Below, one piece after another: positions 36,288 through 45,688 of a stretch of 60,407 nucleotides of DNA. Position 1 is the first letter of the stretch, and each line of letters starts with the position of its first letter. The stretch is taken from positions 1 to 60,407 of the forward strand of contig MWDX01000003.1 in NCBI GenBank assembly GCA_002070735.1. Direction: 5' to 3'. The notes beneath the pieces were generated by a model, which saw only the letters and a list, made by a program, of their open reading frames with translations, was not told where the DNA came from and made no database searches. The position numbers and the translations under genes are program-made. This DNA comes from Parcubacteria group bacterium ADurb.Bin115. Lineage in GTDB: Bacteria; Patescibacteriota; Patescibacteriia; Patescibacteriales; UBA12465.

Positions 36288-37577
36288 CTACTTGCCGGCA
36301 AAAGGAAAAAAAGCGTAAACGGCCTTGTCTCCCAATTCCGCGGCAATTGCCAAAAGACGATTATACTTAGCTGTGCGTTCACTGCGACAAGGAGCCCCTG
36401 TCTTAATTTGCCCCATACCCATAGCCACAACAAAGTCAGCAATAAAGGCATCTTCGGTTTCACCGCTACGATGAGAGACGACGGTCGTCAAACCATTTTT
36501 ACGAGCCAAATTGATAGCCGCCACCGTTTCTGTTAAGGTGCCAATCTGATTTAATTTAATTAAAATTGAATTACTGCTCTTTTCCGCAATTCCTCTCTCC
36601 AAACGCTTAACGTTAGTAACATAAAGATCATCGCCGACTATTTGGCATAAAGGCGCAAACATTTCCGTAAAAGCACGGAAACCATCCCAATCATCTTCGG
36701 CTAAGACATCCTCAAAAGACACTAAGGGATAGCGGGCGGACAATTCTTGATAAAAGAAAATTAACTCCTGAGCAGACAATTTCTTACCCTCCTTTTTGAG
36801 ACTATAAACACCGTCAGTATAAAATTCAGTGGCGGCGGCATCTATACCAAAAACAACCTCTTCGCCTAAAGAATAGCCGGTCGCGACCACTGCCTCTGTT
36901 AGAACCTGAAAAGGCTCTTCATTATCCTTAAAGGCGGGAGCAAAACCGCCCTCATCGCCGACACTGATAGCATAACCTTTATTCTTTAAAATTTTCTTTA
37001 AAGACTGATATATTTCCGCCCCCATCCTAATCGCGCCGGCGACATTTTTCGCTCCCACCGGTAAAATCATATATTCCTGAATATCTGTCGCCCAATTAGC
37101 ATGCTTGCCACCATTTAATACGTTCATCATCGGTACCGGCAAAATATATTGACCGTTAAATTCAGGATTAAACTTAGATAAATATTGATACAAAGGCTGA
37201 CCGGAAGATACGGCCGCTGCCCGAGCACAGGCCAAAGAAACTGAAAGAATGGCATTAGCCCCTAATTTAGCTTTATTAGTCGTACCGTCCAAGGCAATCA
37301 TTTTTTCGTCTAAACCGACCTGATTATCCGCTTCGAAGCCGATTAAAGCCGGAGCGATTATTTCCTCAACATTTTTTACAGCCGTTAACACCCCCGCTCC
37401 TTGATAACGATTAATGTCACCGTCGCGCAATTCTACAGCCTCGTAAGACCCGGTAGAGGCTCCCGAGGGCACAGCCGCTTCCCCGACGGAACCGTCTTCA
37501 AGTGTTACTTTTGCCGAAATTGTGGGATTACCGCGAGAATCCAAAATTTCTAAAGCGGAAATTGATTTTATTTTCAT
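36288..37577 (-). CDS. eno: enolase
   Basis: It carries [18 protein letters not shown] and [11 protein letters not shown]. Confidence 0.97.
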   Translation of the reverse strand: MKIKSISALEILDSRGNPTISAKVTLEDGSVGEAAVPSGASTGSYEAVELRDGDINRYQGAGVLTAVKNVEEIIAPALIGFEADNQVGLDEKMIALDGTTNKAKLGANAILSVSLACARAAAVSSGQPLYQYLSKFNPEFNGQYILPVPMMNVLNGGKHANWATDIQEYMILPVGAKNVAGAIRMGAEIYQSLKKILKNKGYAISVGDEGGFAPAFKDNEEPFQVLTEAVVATGYSLGEEVVFGIDAAATEFYTDGVYSLKKEGKKLSAQELIFFYQELSARYPLVSFEDVLAEDDWDGFRAFTEMFAPLCQIVGDDLYVTNVKRLERGIAEKSSNSILIKLNQIGTLTETVAAINLARKNGLTTVVSHRSGETEDAFIADFVVAMGMGQIKTGAPCRSERTAKYNRLLAIAAELGDKAVYAFFPFAGK

Positions 37578-37601
37578 AAAAAAATAATTAATATCTAAAT
37601 T

Positions 37602-38633
37602 TTAGTTATCAACGTTACCCTTATAAATATACTTCTCTGTACGTTCAATCACTTTCTTTAAAATCTTCACCGCTTCGACTGGATAATCGCCAATAGTCGT
37701 CTCATCAGACAACATTATCATATCCGCGCCATCAAGAACGGCGTTAGCAATATCGGAAATTTCCGCTCGAGTCGGATGGGCATTTTTAATCATGGAAGTC
37801 ATCACTTGAGTGGCAATAATAGCCGGACGATCATGCCAATGAGCATGACGGACAAGATTTTTTTGGATAATAGGCAAATCTTCAATCGGAACCTCAATGC
37901 CCAAGTCTCCTCGCGCCACCATAATAGCGTCAGAAGAGGTAATAATTTTATCAATATGCTTCAAAGCGAGGCCACGTTCAATTTTAGAAATAATCTTGAT
38001 TCCACTTTTCTTGCCTAATAACCTGCGCAAACGCAAAACATCATTAGCGGTCTGCACAAAAGATAAGGCAATATAATCTACCCCCACCTTTAAGCCGAAA
38101 GCGGCGTCTTTCAAATCTTTGGCTGTCATTCCGCCTTTGCGAATATGGGTATCAGGGACATTAATAGCCTTCCGAGAACTGAGAACACCGCCATTAATAA
38201 CCTCAGCCGTAATAATCTTATTCTTAATCGCCTTTACCTGCAACTCAATGGCACCATTACATAAAAACAAAGCCTCCCCCTTCTTAATGTCTTGATACAA
38301 ATCATGACTGTCAATAGGGATAACATCGCCGGCCTTTACATAAGGTTTGTTTGAGAAAGCGAAACGATAAGACTCGCCGTCGACCATAAAAATGCCGCCT
38401 TCCGGCATGCGGCCGACACGAATTCTTGGGCCCTGTAAATCAAGCATTATTTTTATCTGACGCTCTGATTCGGCGTTAAAATCTTTTATTATCTTTTGAA
38501 TGCGCAAATACTGGCTATGACTGGCATGAGAGAAATTAACCCTCACCATATCAACGCCAGCTTTCAATAGAGCCAAAAGTTTTTCCTTGGATTCACTCTT
38601 TGGTCCAATTGTGGCAATAATTTTTGTAGGCAT
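37602..38633 (-). CDS. pyk: pyruvate kinase, A/B domains only (no C-terminal domain)
   Basis: It carries TKIIATIGP, NFSHA, MVARGDLGIE and MLSDETTIG. The protein ends about 15 aa after the last barrel helix (343 aa). Confidence 0.9.
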   Translation of the reverse strand: MPTKIIATIGPKSESKEKLLALLKAGVDMVRVNFSHASHSQYLRIQKIIKDFNAESERQIKIMLDLQGPRIRVGRMPEGGIFMVDGESYRFAFSNKPYVKAGDVIPIDSHDLYQDIKKGEALFLCNGAIELQVKAIKNKIITAEVINGGVLSSRKAINVPDTHIRKGGMTAKDLKDAAFGLKVGVDYIALSFVQTANDVLRLRRLLGKKSGIKIISKIERGLALKHIDKIITSSDAIMVARGDLGIEVPIEDLPIIQKNLVRHAHWHDRPAIIATQVMTSMIKNAHPTRAEISDIANAVLDGADMIMLSDETTIGDYPVEAVKILKKVIERTEKYIYKGNVDN

Positions 38634-38749
38634 AAATCGAGGAAAAAATAAAAATAGCGAGCCAAGCCACCCTCTTTATTTATATAAATATAATTTGTTT
38701 AGCAACAGCATTATAAAACAAAAAAAGAAAAAATAAAAGATGACGATTA

Positions 38750-39904
38750 TTACAAGCGACGCAGTTCTCTTAACAGGCGATTATAAAATTCCAAATTATT
38801 AAGACTAGCTAATTTTTGTCCTAAAGGTTCATCCAAACGGAAAAGATGATGCAAAAAAGCCTTACTGTAGCGGCGCAGTTCCGGCAGATCGCTGTCAGCA
38901 TTAATCGGGGAAAAATCTTGAGCAAAGGCGGCATTGTTGATATTCTTTGTCCGATAGAAATCAGGATAAGACACGATTGGTCCCGGCTTCGCCTTTCTTT
39001 TTGTAAACCCCCGGAATCCAGGCTTGAAAAAAAATAATTTGCCGTGCCTACCTTCACGAGTAGGAATAACACAATCAAACATATCCCAGCCCATCAGATA
39101 GCAACGATAAATATCCTCGGGCATGCCAACGCCGAGAGCGAAGCGCAAAGAATCTTTAGGTAAAAATGAAGCAGTTTTAAAAATAGTTTCGGCTAAAAAA
39201 TTACCATCTTTATCAACCGGTCTGGCGCCAAAACCATAGCCGTCAAAACCAATAGCAAGCAACTGACGTGCGCTTTCTCGGCGTAAATCTTCATAATCTC
39301 CGCCCTGAACCACGGCAAACAGCAAAGGTCTATTATCTTCAGTTATTTTCCGCCTTTTTATCTGTTTAAGGTATTCCTGCTTACAGCGCGCCGCCCAAGC
39401 CAAACTACGCTTAACAGCTTTTTCTAAATCGGCCCTCGGCCAATCATTGGGCGGACAGTCGTCCAGACAAACCATCATATCAACACCTAAATCAAATTGA
39501 ATTTGGATAGACTTTTCCGGACTAAATTCGTGCCGAGAACCGTCGATAGGCGATTTGAAAATAACTTTATCGTCATTAATTTTTCCCAGATTTTTTCCTT
39601 GATGAATCAAAGAAAAAACCTGAAAACCGCCGGAATCAGATAAAAGCGGCCCTTGCCAATCCATAAAATTATGGACGCCGCCGGCGCGCTTAATTATCTT
39701 TTGTCCGGGCTGAAGATAGAGGTGAAAAGTGTTGACCACCATCACCTCGGTACCCGCCCTCTTAGCGTCCGCACTGGTATTAGCTTTCACAAAGGCTCTA
39801 GTAGCGTCCGGCATAAAAAAAGGCGTTGATAAAGAACCATGAATATTAGTTACACGCCCGCGACGAAGACCGTCTTTAAATAGCTTTAATTTAAATCCGC
39901 TCAT
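38750..39904 (-). CDS. tgt: tRNA-guanine transglycosylase
   Basis: It carries TPFFMP, LSDSGGFQV, GLAVGE-like GVGMPE and CVIPTR. Confidence 0.9.
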   Translation of the reverse strand: MSGFKLKLFKDGLRRGRVTNIHGSLSTPFFMPDATRAFVKANTSADAKRAGTEVMVVNTFHLYLQPGQKIIKRAGGVHNFMDWQGPLLSDSGGFQVFSLIHQGKNLGKINDDKVIFKSPIDGSRHEFSPEKSIQIQFDLGVDMMVCLDDCPPNDWPRADLEKAVKRSLAWAARCKQEYLKQIKRRKITEDNRPLLFAVVQGGDYEDLRRESARQLLAIGFDGYGFGARPVDKDGNFLAETIFKTASFLPKDSLRFALGVGMPEDIYRCYLMGWDMFDCVIPTREGRHGKLFFFKPGFRGFTKRKAKPGPIVSYPDFYRTKNINNAAFAQDFSPINADSDLPELRRYSKAFLHHLFRLDEPLGQKLASLNNLEFYNRLLRELRRL

Positions 39905-39906
39905 AA

Positions 39907-41910
39907 TTATTCTACTCGTCCATTATTAGAAAAACCGGCAATTTCATCGTCTTCAAGCTTACTGGTCTTAGCTTTGGTCTTATAACTTATCCTGCCGCCA
40001 GTCAAAGAATCAAGCGCTGTGACCGTGCTACCGGGAGAAATTACTAAAATTTTATCGCGATCACTATCTTTAGGGATAAAACTGATATTAAACTCGGCAT
40101 CAGCGCGATACACAGAAATAGGCAAAAAACCCAAACGCCAAGTAACTTGATTACTCTCGGCATCATAGGTGATACTACCGACATTAGTATTTTCCCCGCC
40201 TGACCATTCCAGCCCTTGAGGTAAATCTAAAACTACTTGGACATCGCTCAAATCATGTAAATTATTTTTTAGAGTCCAAAAAACTCTCACACTAGTCTTT
40301 TCGCCGACTCGAGGCGGCAATGGACCAGAACCCACCGGGATATTATCTTCGTTAAAATACAAAATCTTTTCACTCAATGACAAATCACTATTTATTTGCC
40401 CCTTGATGGTATTACTCCGATTATCTTCAGAAGCGCCCTCTTGGTTATTATTTAAACCATATTGAGCATAACTCGTGATACTAGTGTCAACGCCTAAATC
40501 GGAAACGGAAAAATTACGTAATTTTAAAGAAAAATCTATTTTACCGCTGGCGCCAGGAGTCAATTCAGACAATGATGGCAACTGCTCTTTAGTCCAGACA
40601 ATCGCGTCGCCGGCAACACTGCCGCCCAGAGGGTCGCGCAAAGAAGACCAATCAACAAAATCACCTTTAATAACAGCCATTAAAGCGACGTCATCAAGAG
40701 TAGCCTCACCATTATTAGCATACTCTAATTGATAAGATAAGGTGTCACCAAAATTTAAAGTCTGATCTGTCTTAGAACCGTTTAAAGTAAGGCTTAAATT
40801 TAAATCGCTCTTAATAGCCTCAAAAGATATAGTCTTTTCCCATAAAGACATCTCCCGGCCGTCGGCCTCTCTTTTTATCAAGCGCAAACTTAAATCTTCT
40901 TTATCCTGATTCTTGGTCTTTAATGTAAAATCGATAGCTATCGTTATCTTCTCCTCAGAATCTGCCGGCAAACCGGACAAAAACCAAGAGTTCTCACCGG
41001 TATTCTGAATTTTAAAAACATCAGCAGCCGCGCCCTCTGACTGATTATTTTCGGACACGAGTTCGCCCTTCTCTGAAGAGACTTGATTGACGATAAAATT
41101 ATCTGAGCCGGAAATTTTTAGATAAAGATCGGATAGCTTATTATTTTTAAAGGCGTTCAAAAACAACTTCATTTCATTGTTTTGACCAATAATAGCTGTA
41201 TTAAGATAATCGGCGCTGACGATAAAGCCCAAACCGGAGACTACCGTATTCGCGCTGGCCTCCTTCTTAAACTCACTGGAAAAATTGGCCGGCACATAAG
41301 ACAAGCGGGCGCTAACCACATTAGCGGAATCAACTGGCGAGTTTAAATAACCGCTAATGACAACTAGTCCGCTACCGCCAATAGCGATATCGCCAAAACT
41401 CCAGGTATTAATGCCGGAAGGAGCGGGCACGCTTTCAGTAATTATAAAATTTGACGGCAAAAGCACCTCTAACTTAGCGTTACTTAGGGCTAAACCGCTA
41501 TCATTACTGTAGGTAATATTATAAGATATTGGTTCTCCGGCCAAAGCTTTCTCTGGGGCTTGTACTGTTAAAATAATGGCACTAGTACCGGCGGGACGCT
41601 GAAAATAGTAATAATATCCCGCATAGAGTCCGCAAGCTAAAAGAGTGAGAATAAAAACTTGTTTAAATAAAACTAACAAACGCAAACGGTGTCTTTTCTG
41701 GACTCGGCTAACATCAACTAGACGTCCCTGCTTGTCGTGATAAATAGCAGAAAGATTATTTTCCACCTCTTCAGCGGCTGCTTCTTTTTTTACCGCCTCT
41801 TCAAAGCGGGAAACTTCTTCAACGGCCGGTAAAGGTCTTTCTAAAAAAGTCTTTAAACCAGAATCCTTATCTGCGGAAGATGTTTTTTTCTTTTTTTTCA
41901 AGACTGTCAT
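39907..41910 (-). CDS. large membrane-anchored surface protein with beta-rich repeat (DUF11-like) domains
   Basis: It has one TM helix (FILTLLACGLYAGYYYYF) after a charged N-terminus, and repeated segments such as Y.I.Y.N.G...L.N. Its C-terminal module is shared with ORF 2704..3780. Confidence 0.7.
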   Translation of the reverse strand: MTVLKKKKKTSSADKDSGLKTFLERPLPAVEEVSRFEEAVKKEAAAEEVENNLSAIYHDKQGRLVDVSRVQKRHRLRLLVLFKQVFILTLLACGLYAGYYYYFQRPAGTSAIILTVQAPEKALAGEPISYNITYSNDSGLALSNAKLEVLLPSNFIITESVPAPSGINTWSFGDIAIGGSGLVVISGYLNSPVDSANVVSARLSYVPANFSSEFKKEASANTVVSGLGFIVSADYLNTAIIGQNNEMKLFLNAFKNNKLSDLYLKISGSDNFIVNQVSSEKGELVSENNQSEGAAADVFKIQNTGENSWFLSGLPADSEEKITIAIDFTLKTKNQDKEDLSLRLIKREADGREMSLWEKTISFEAIKSDLNLSLTLNGSKTDQTLNFGDTLSYQLEYANNGEATLDDVALMAVIKGDFVDWSSLRDPLGGSVAGDAIVWTKEQLPSLSELTPGASGKIDFSLKLRNFSVSDLGVDTSITSYAQYGLNNNQEGASEDNRSNTIKGQINSDLSLSEKILYFNEDNIPVGSGPLPPRVGEKTSVRVFWTLKNNLHDLSDVQVVLDLPQGLEWSGGENTNVGSITYDAESNQVTWRLGFLPISVYRADAEFNISFIPKDSDRDKILVISPGSTVTALDSLTGGRISYKTKAKTSKLEDDEIAGFSNNGRVE

Positions 41911-41999
41911 GTAATTAAGAACGATGCGACGATAGTCGCAACTACCGAAGCCCGTTAAAAAATTATAATTCTTAAAAATCGCTAAAAATAAACTTGATA

Positions 42000-44489
42000 T
42001 TATTTCTCCAATAAAACGGCCCGCATTACGTCTCTATCTAGGGATAGGTTGCCATTCCAAGAAGATTGATTAGGATAGTTCCAGATCTGCCGCCAGCCGG
42101 ATGGAGCCGTAATTTCCAAGTCAACACTAGTAGCCTTAGCGCCTGGCTGTTTTTGCAACAATAAAGAGAAGGGGAAACGTTCGCCGGGAGCTTTATCCAA
42201 TAAAGAGCCAAGTCGGGTGAGCCAATCGCCGCCACTGACGTCGGCCTCCGCCTCCAAGCGAAAAGGCAAACGATAGCGTAATTTTATCTCCACTGTTTCC
42301 CCCGGATCAACCATTACCCAATTAGCAAAAACGGTTTTTCCATTTTCTTTATAAATCTTAGTGCCGCTTACTAAATCGGTCAAAGCGAGTTCTTCGGTTT
42401 CAGCGATTAAAGGAAATTTTTCCCAACCCTCCTCCGGCTTTTCAAAATAAGAAGCGTCGGGAGCGCGAAAACCGCGGGCTTCTAATAATTGGCTACCAGC
42501 GGGTACATATACCCTTAACCAATCAACATTCCGGACACCGCTCAAAATTTCATTTTTCAAGCCAGTATGAGTACGAGTAATGGTAAGGGTGTCGATTAAG
42601 CTGCGGTCACTAAGAATCTGAACGGAATGTTTAACCTCATCAAGCATCTTGCGATCACTTTTCTGGCCGGCAATATTGGTGTGGGCAATAAGAAGATAAT
42701 CATGCTGACTCGGCAACATCGCTCCGTCAAAACCATAACGCGCGGCTTTTGCCTGTAACAAAGGATCGGAAAAATACAGCATGATATTTTTAGAACTGAG
42801 ATTCTTTTCCAAGGCGGTTATAAGTAAAGGAAGATTTTCAAAAGTTAATATTCTGGGTAGGCGGTCTATAATCTCCGCCATTAAATCGCCAATAATTTTC
42901 TTGGGTTGATTCTTGGGGCTATCAGGTAAATTAGCCACTTCTTCTGGATGGGTTTTTATTAAATTTTCTTTTTCCACTGTCGCTTGAATCAAATCCCAAA
43001 AATTATCAGCATCAATAGTTAGACCATATTCGGCTTGCATATCAATCGGTCCGGTAATTTTTAGTAAATCAGATAAAACATCGGGAGTGAAACTAATCAC
43101 CCCATCAACGGTTGGACCGCCGCTTTTTTCATAAAACCACATCAAGGAACGAGCGCTGGTGGGCCAATCCGGCCACCAATTGGCATCCCAAAAATACCAG
43201 CGCGGACTCACTAACCATAAAGGTTGGGGGGATTGGATAAAATTTTTCATACCCGCCTCAGTGTCGTAGGATCCGCCAGCTGGCACTTCCAAACGACGAA
43301 TCCGGCCCTCACGGATATCGACCAGTGCATAACTACCCAAAAATCCACCAGACCCCCTCATTTCCGCATTATTTTGAAACACCAATAAATAGCGCTTATC
43401 TCGACTCACTCCTAAAAAATCTTTAATTTCTTGAGCTGAGCCCAGTAAAGAGCGCAGTGAAGAAACCGCGATTTCGGCTTGATCGCGAAAATCGATAAAT
43501 TGACTCCGATATTCCTCTGGTAAAGTATCGACATCAATATTATCAAGTTGACGTTGTAGCTCCTCGGCATCAATTAAAGCCTGCTGTCCAGGTTCAATAA
43601 AAGAATCAATCAAGCTTCCCCAATTCTTATCAGCGCTTGTTTGTAATAAGATATTTCCCGCTTCACTTAAATGCTCACCCATCGCAGCGGCCGCCTGACC
43701 GGCCGCTAAAAATTTATTTCCAGAAGAAGCCAATTTGATTTTAGGATCACCAGAAAAAGAAGCGAACGACAACAACCAGTCGTCAATCCTACTTAATTCC
43801 GCCTGAGCCGAGATAAAATCACTCTCCGCTTTAGCAAAATTAGAGGCGGCAGCGCTAAAATCTAATTGCGCCGCCCCGTCGGAAGCGGCCGCTAAATTAT
43901 TTAAAGCGGATAAAGAACGGTCAATCACACCAGCCTGTAAACTTTTGATGTCCAAAATTTTTAGATAAGACAAAATTTTAAAAGGCAAAATGATAATTAT
44001 TAAAACGGACACAAAAACAAAGAGAGACCGGTACCAAGAAACAAGATGCTCCGCTTGGGATAAGCGGGCGTTTGTTTTTGATTTCTCTTTTTTGAGGCGA
44101 CGCCAACGCACACCAGCGGCGGCGGCAAACAAGCGACGCTCTCTCTTATTAAAACGAGAACCGCGGAGATAATGTGAGCGCGAAATACGGAAATGACGGC
44201 GCTTCTTTGCCTGAAAATTAAAAAAATGACGTAGAGAAAAAGAAGAATTTTTACTGGGCGAGACTAAGTTCGAATTAGATTTGAAAAAAGATAGAGTAGC
44301 CGCATACGGCGGTCGACGAAAAGAAAATATTCTTTTAAATTTTTGCCAATTAATAAAAGCAATATTAACCGGCTTTTGGCTCTCTGAAAGTTTTTTCTGA
44401 CCAGAGGGGCGCAAATCCACGATAAAAGAGTCGACTGCCGACAAATTACGCTTTATATTAGATTTTTTTATATTTTCCCGATTCATCAA
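42000..44489 (-). CDS. DUF4012-like membrane-anchored protein
   Basis: It has a basic N-terminus, one TM helix, a helical region, then LLVFQNNAEMRGSGGFLGSYALVD, which I recognise as characteristic of DUF4012. It is 8 nt downstream of the GT4 gene. Confidence 0.75.
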   Translation of the reverse strand: MMNRENIKKSNIKRNLSAVDSFIVDLRPSGQKKLSESQKPVNIAFINWQKFKRIFSFRRPPYAATLSFFKSNSNLVSPSKNSSFSLRHFFNFQAKKRRHFRISRSHYLRGSRFNKRERRLFAAAAGVRWRRLKKEKSKTNARLSQAEHLVSWYRSLFVFVSVLIIIILPFKILSYLKILDIKSLQAGVIDRSLSALNNLAAASDGAAQLDFSAAASNFAKAESDFISAQAELSRIDDWLLSFASFSGDPKIKLASSGNKFLAAGQAAAAMGEHLSEAGNILLQTSADKNWGSLIDSFIEPGQQALIDAEELQRQLDNIDVDTLPEEYRSQFIDFRDQAEIAVSSLRSLLGSAQEIKDFLGVSRDKRYLLVFQNNAEMRGSGGFLGSYALVDIREGRIRRLEVPAGGSYDTEAGMKNFIQSPQPLWLVSPRWYFWDANWWPDWPTSARSLMWFYEKSGGPTVDGVISFTPDVLSDLLKITGPIDMQAEYGLTIDADNFWDLIQATVEKENLIKTHPEEVANLPDSPKNQPKKIIGDLMAEIIDRLPRILTFENLPLLITALEKNLSSKNIMLYFSDPLLQAKAARYGFDGAMLPSQHDYLLIAHTNIAGQKSDRKMLDEVKHSVQILSDRSLIDTLTITRTHTGLKNEILSGVRNVDWLRVYVPAGSQLLEARGFRAPDASYFEKPEEGWEKFPLIAETEELALTDLVSGTKIYKENGKTVFANWVMVDPGETVEIKLRYRLPFRLEAEADVSGGDWLTRLGSLLDKAPGERFPFSLLLQKQPGAKATSVDLEITAPSGWRQIWNYPNQSSWNGNLSLDRDVMRAVLLEK

Positions 44490-44497
44490 TTTTAAAA

Positions 44498-45688
44498 TTA
44501 TTCTACTAATATCTTACGATATATTTCTAAAGTTTGGCGCGCACATTTCTGCCAGCTAAAAACATTAACTCTTTTTAAACCGCGCGCTATCAATTGTTGG
44601 CGGTAATCTTCATTTTCAAATAAAAATTCTAATTTAGATAACATATCCGCTTGGTTATAGGGATCAAAATAAAGAGCGGCATCACCAATAACTTCCGGCA
44701 AACTAGCCTGATTAGAAGAAACAACCGGACAAGAATGACTCATTGCTTCTAAAGGCGGCAAACCAAAACCTTCATATAAAGAAGGAAAAACATAAAATAA
44801 AGCCCGGCGATACAACACGGCTAAATCGGCATCAGGAACATATCCCGGAAAAATAACTTTATTATTATCACCACCTTCGCTTTGCCAAAGCGATAGGGCG
44901 GACGCCTTTTCCTTAACACGATGATAAAAATAATCGTCTTTACCCACCATTACCAACTTGAGATGATGATGGCGGGAAAGCAAATTATTAAAGACAGTCA
45001 GCAAAACTTCTAAATTTTTATGAGGATAAGCGTTGCCCACATATAACAAAAAGGGTTCGCTAATCCGATAACGTTGTAAAACTTGTTTCTCCTCTATTTC
45101 GCCAATAATTTCTTTTTTGTCTAAGTCCGCTACCCCTTCGTAAGTAACAAATAATTTTTTAGGATTAGCCTTAAACTTTTTGATAATATCTCTACGGGTA
45201 AATTCAGAAACGGTAATTATGGCTCGGGCTCGCCTTATAGCCGTTCTAATGACCAAGCGATAGGCGGCTTGCTTAAACCAATAAAAAGCTGCTGGGAGCA
45301 TTGAGGCGCGGCGACTGGAGAAACGGGTTAGTATTAAATCATGAATAGTGACGACAAAGGGCACCGGGGTCAATATGGGGACATTGAAATGGGGAAAGTG
45401 GACCAAATCTAACTTTTCTTTTTTTAAAATCAAAGGAAAAAATAATTGCTCCCGCCATGAATACCAACGCCAAGGAACTTCTATTTTGCGAACATTGGGA
45501 TGGCTAGACTTAAAATCTTTAAAATTATCCGGACTCAAAAAAATAACATATTCAAATTCACTGCTAGTGACGGTCATCGATACGATATTATCAACCACTT
45601 CTTGAACATAACGCCCCAAGCCCTTACCTAGAGGACCATAAAAACGAGCATCAATACCGATTCTTTTTTTTGTTTTCTTATTAAACAT
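44498..45688 (-). CDS. GT4-family (GT-B fold) glycosyltransferase
   Basis: It has the EX7E-type motif region FPSLYEGFGLPPLEAM. Its start overlaps the upstream stop (TAATG). Confidence 0.9.
   Translation of the reverse strand: MFNKKTKKRIGIDARFYGPLGKGLGRYVQEVVDNIVSMTVTSSEFEYVIFLSPDNFKDFKSSHPNVRKIEVPWRWYSWREQLFFPLILKKEKLDLVHFPHFNVPILTPVPFVVTIHDLILTRFSSRRASMLPAAFYWFKQAAYRLVIRTAIRRARAIITVSEFTRRDIIKKFKANPKKLFVTYEGVADLDKKEIIGEIEEKQVLQRYRISEPFLLYVGNAYPHKNLEVLLTVFNNLLSRHHHLKLVMVGKDDYFYHRVKEKASALSLWQSEGGDNNKVIFPGYVPDADLAVLYRRALFYVFPSLYEGFGLPPLEAMSHSCPVVSSNQASLPEVIGDAALYFDPYNQADMLSKLEFLFENEDYRQQLIARGLKRVNVFSWQKCARQTLEIYRKILVE

Noticed and set aside
36221-36463. Short ORFs bridge gene junctions (36221..36463, 50907..51104, 5550..5732, 38821..39078).
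   Set aside because: They overlap the ends of two confidently called genes in other frames and have no coding-like features. They are most likely chance ORFs.
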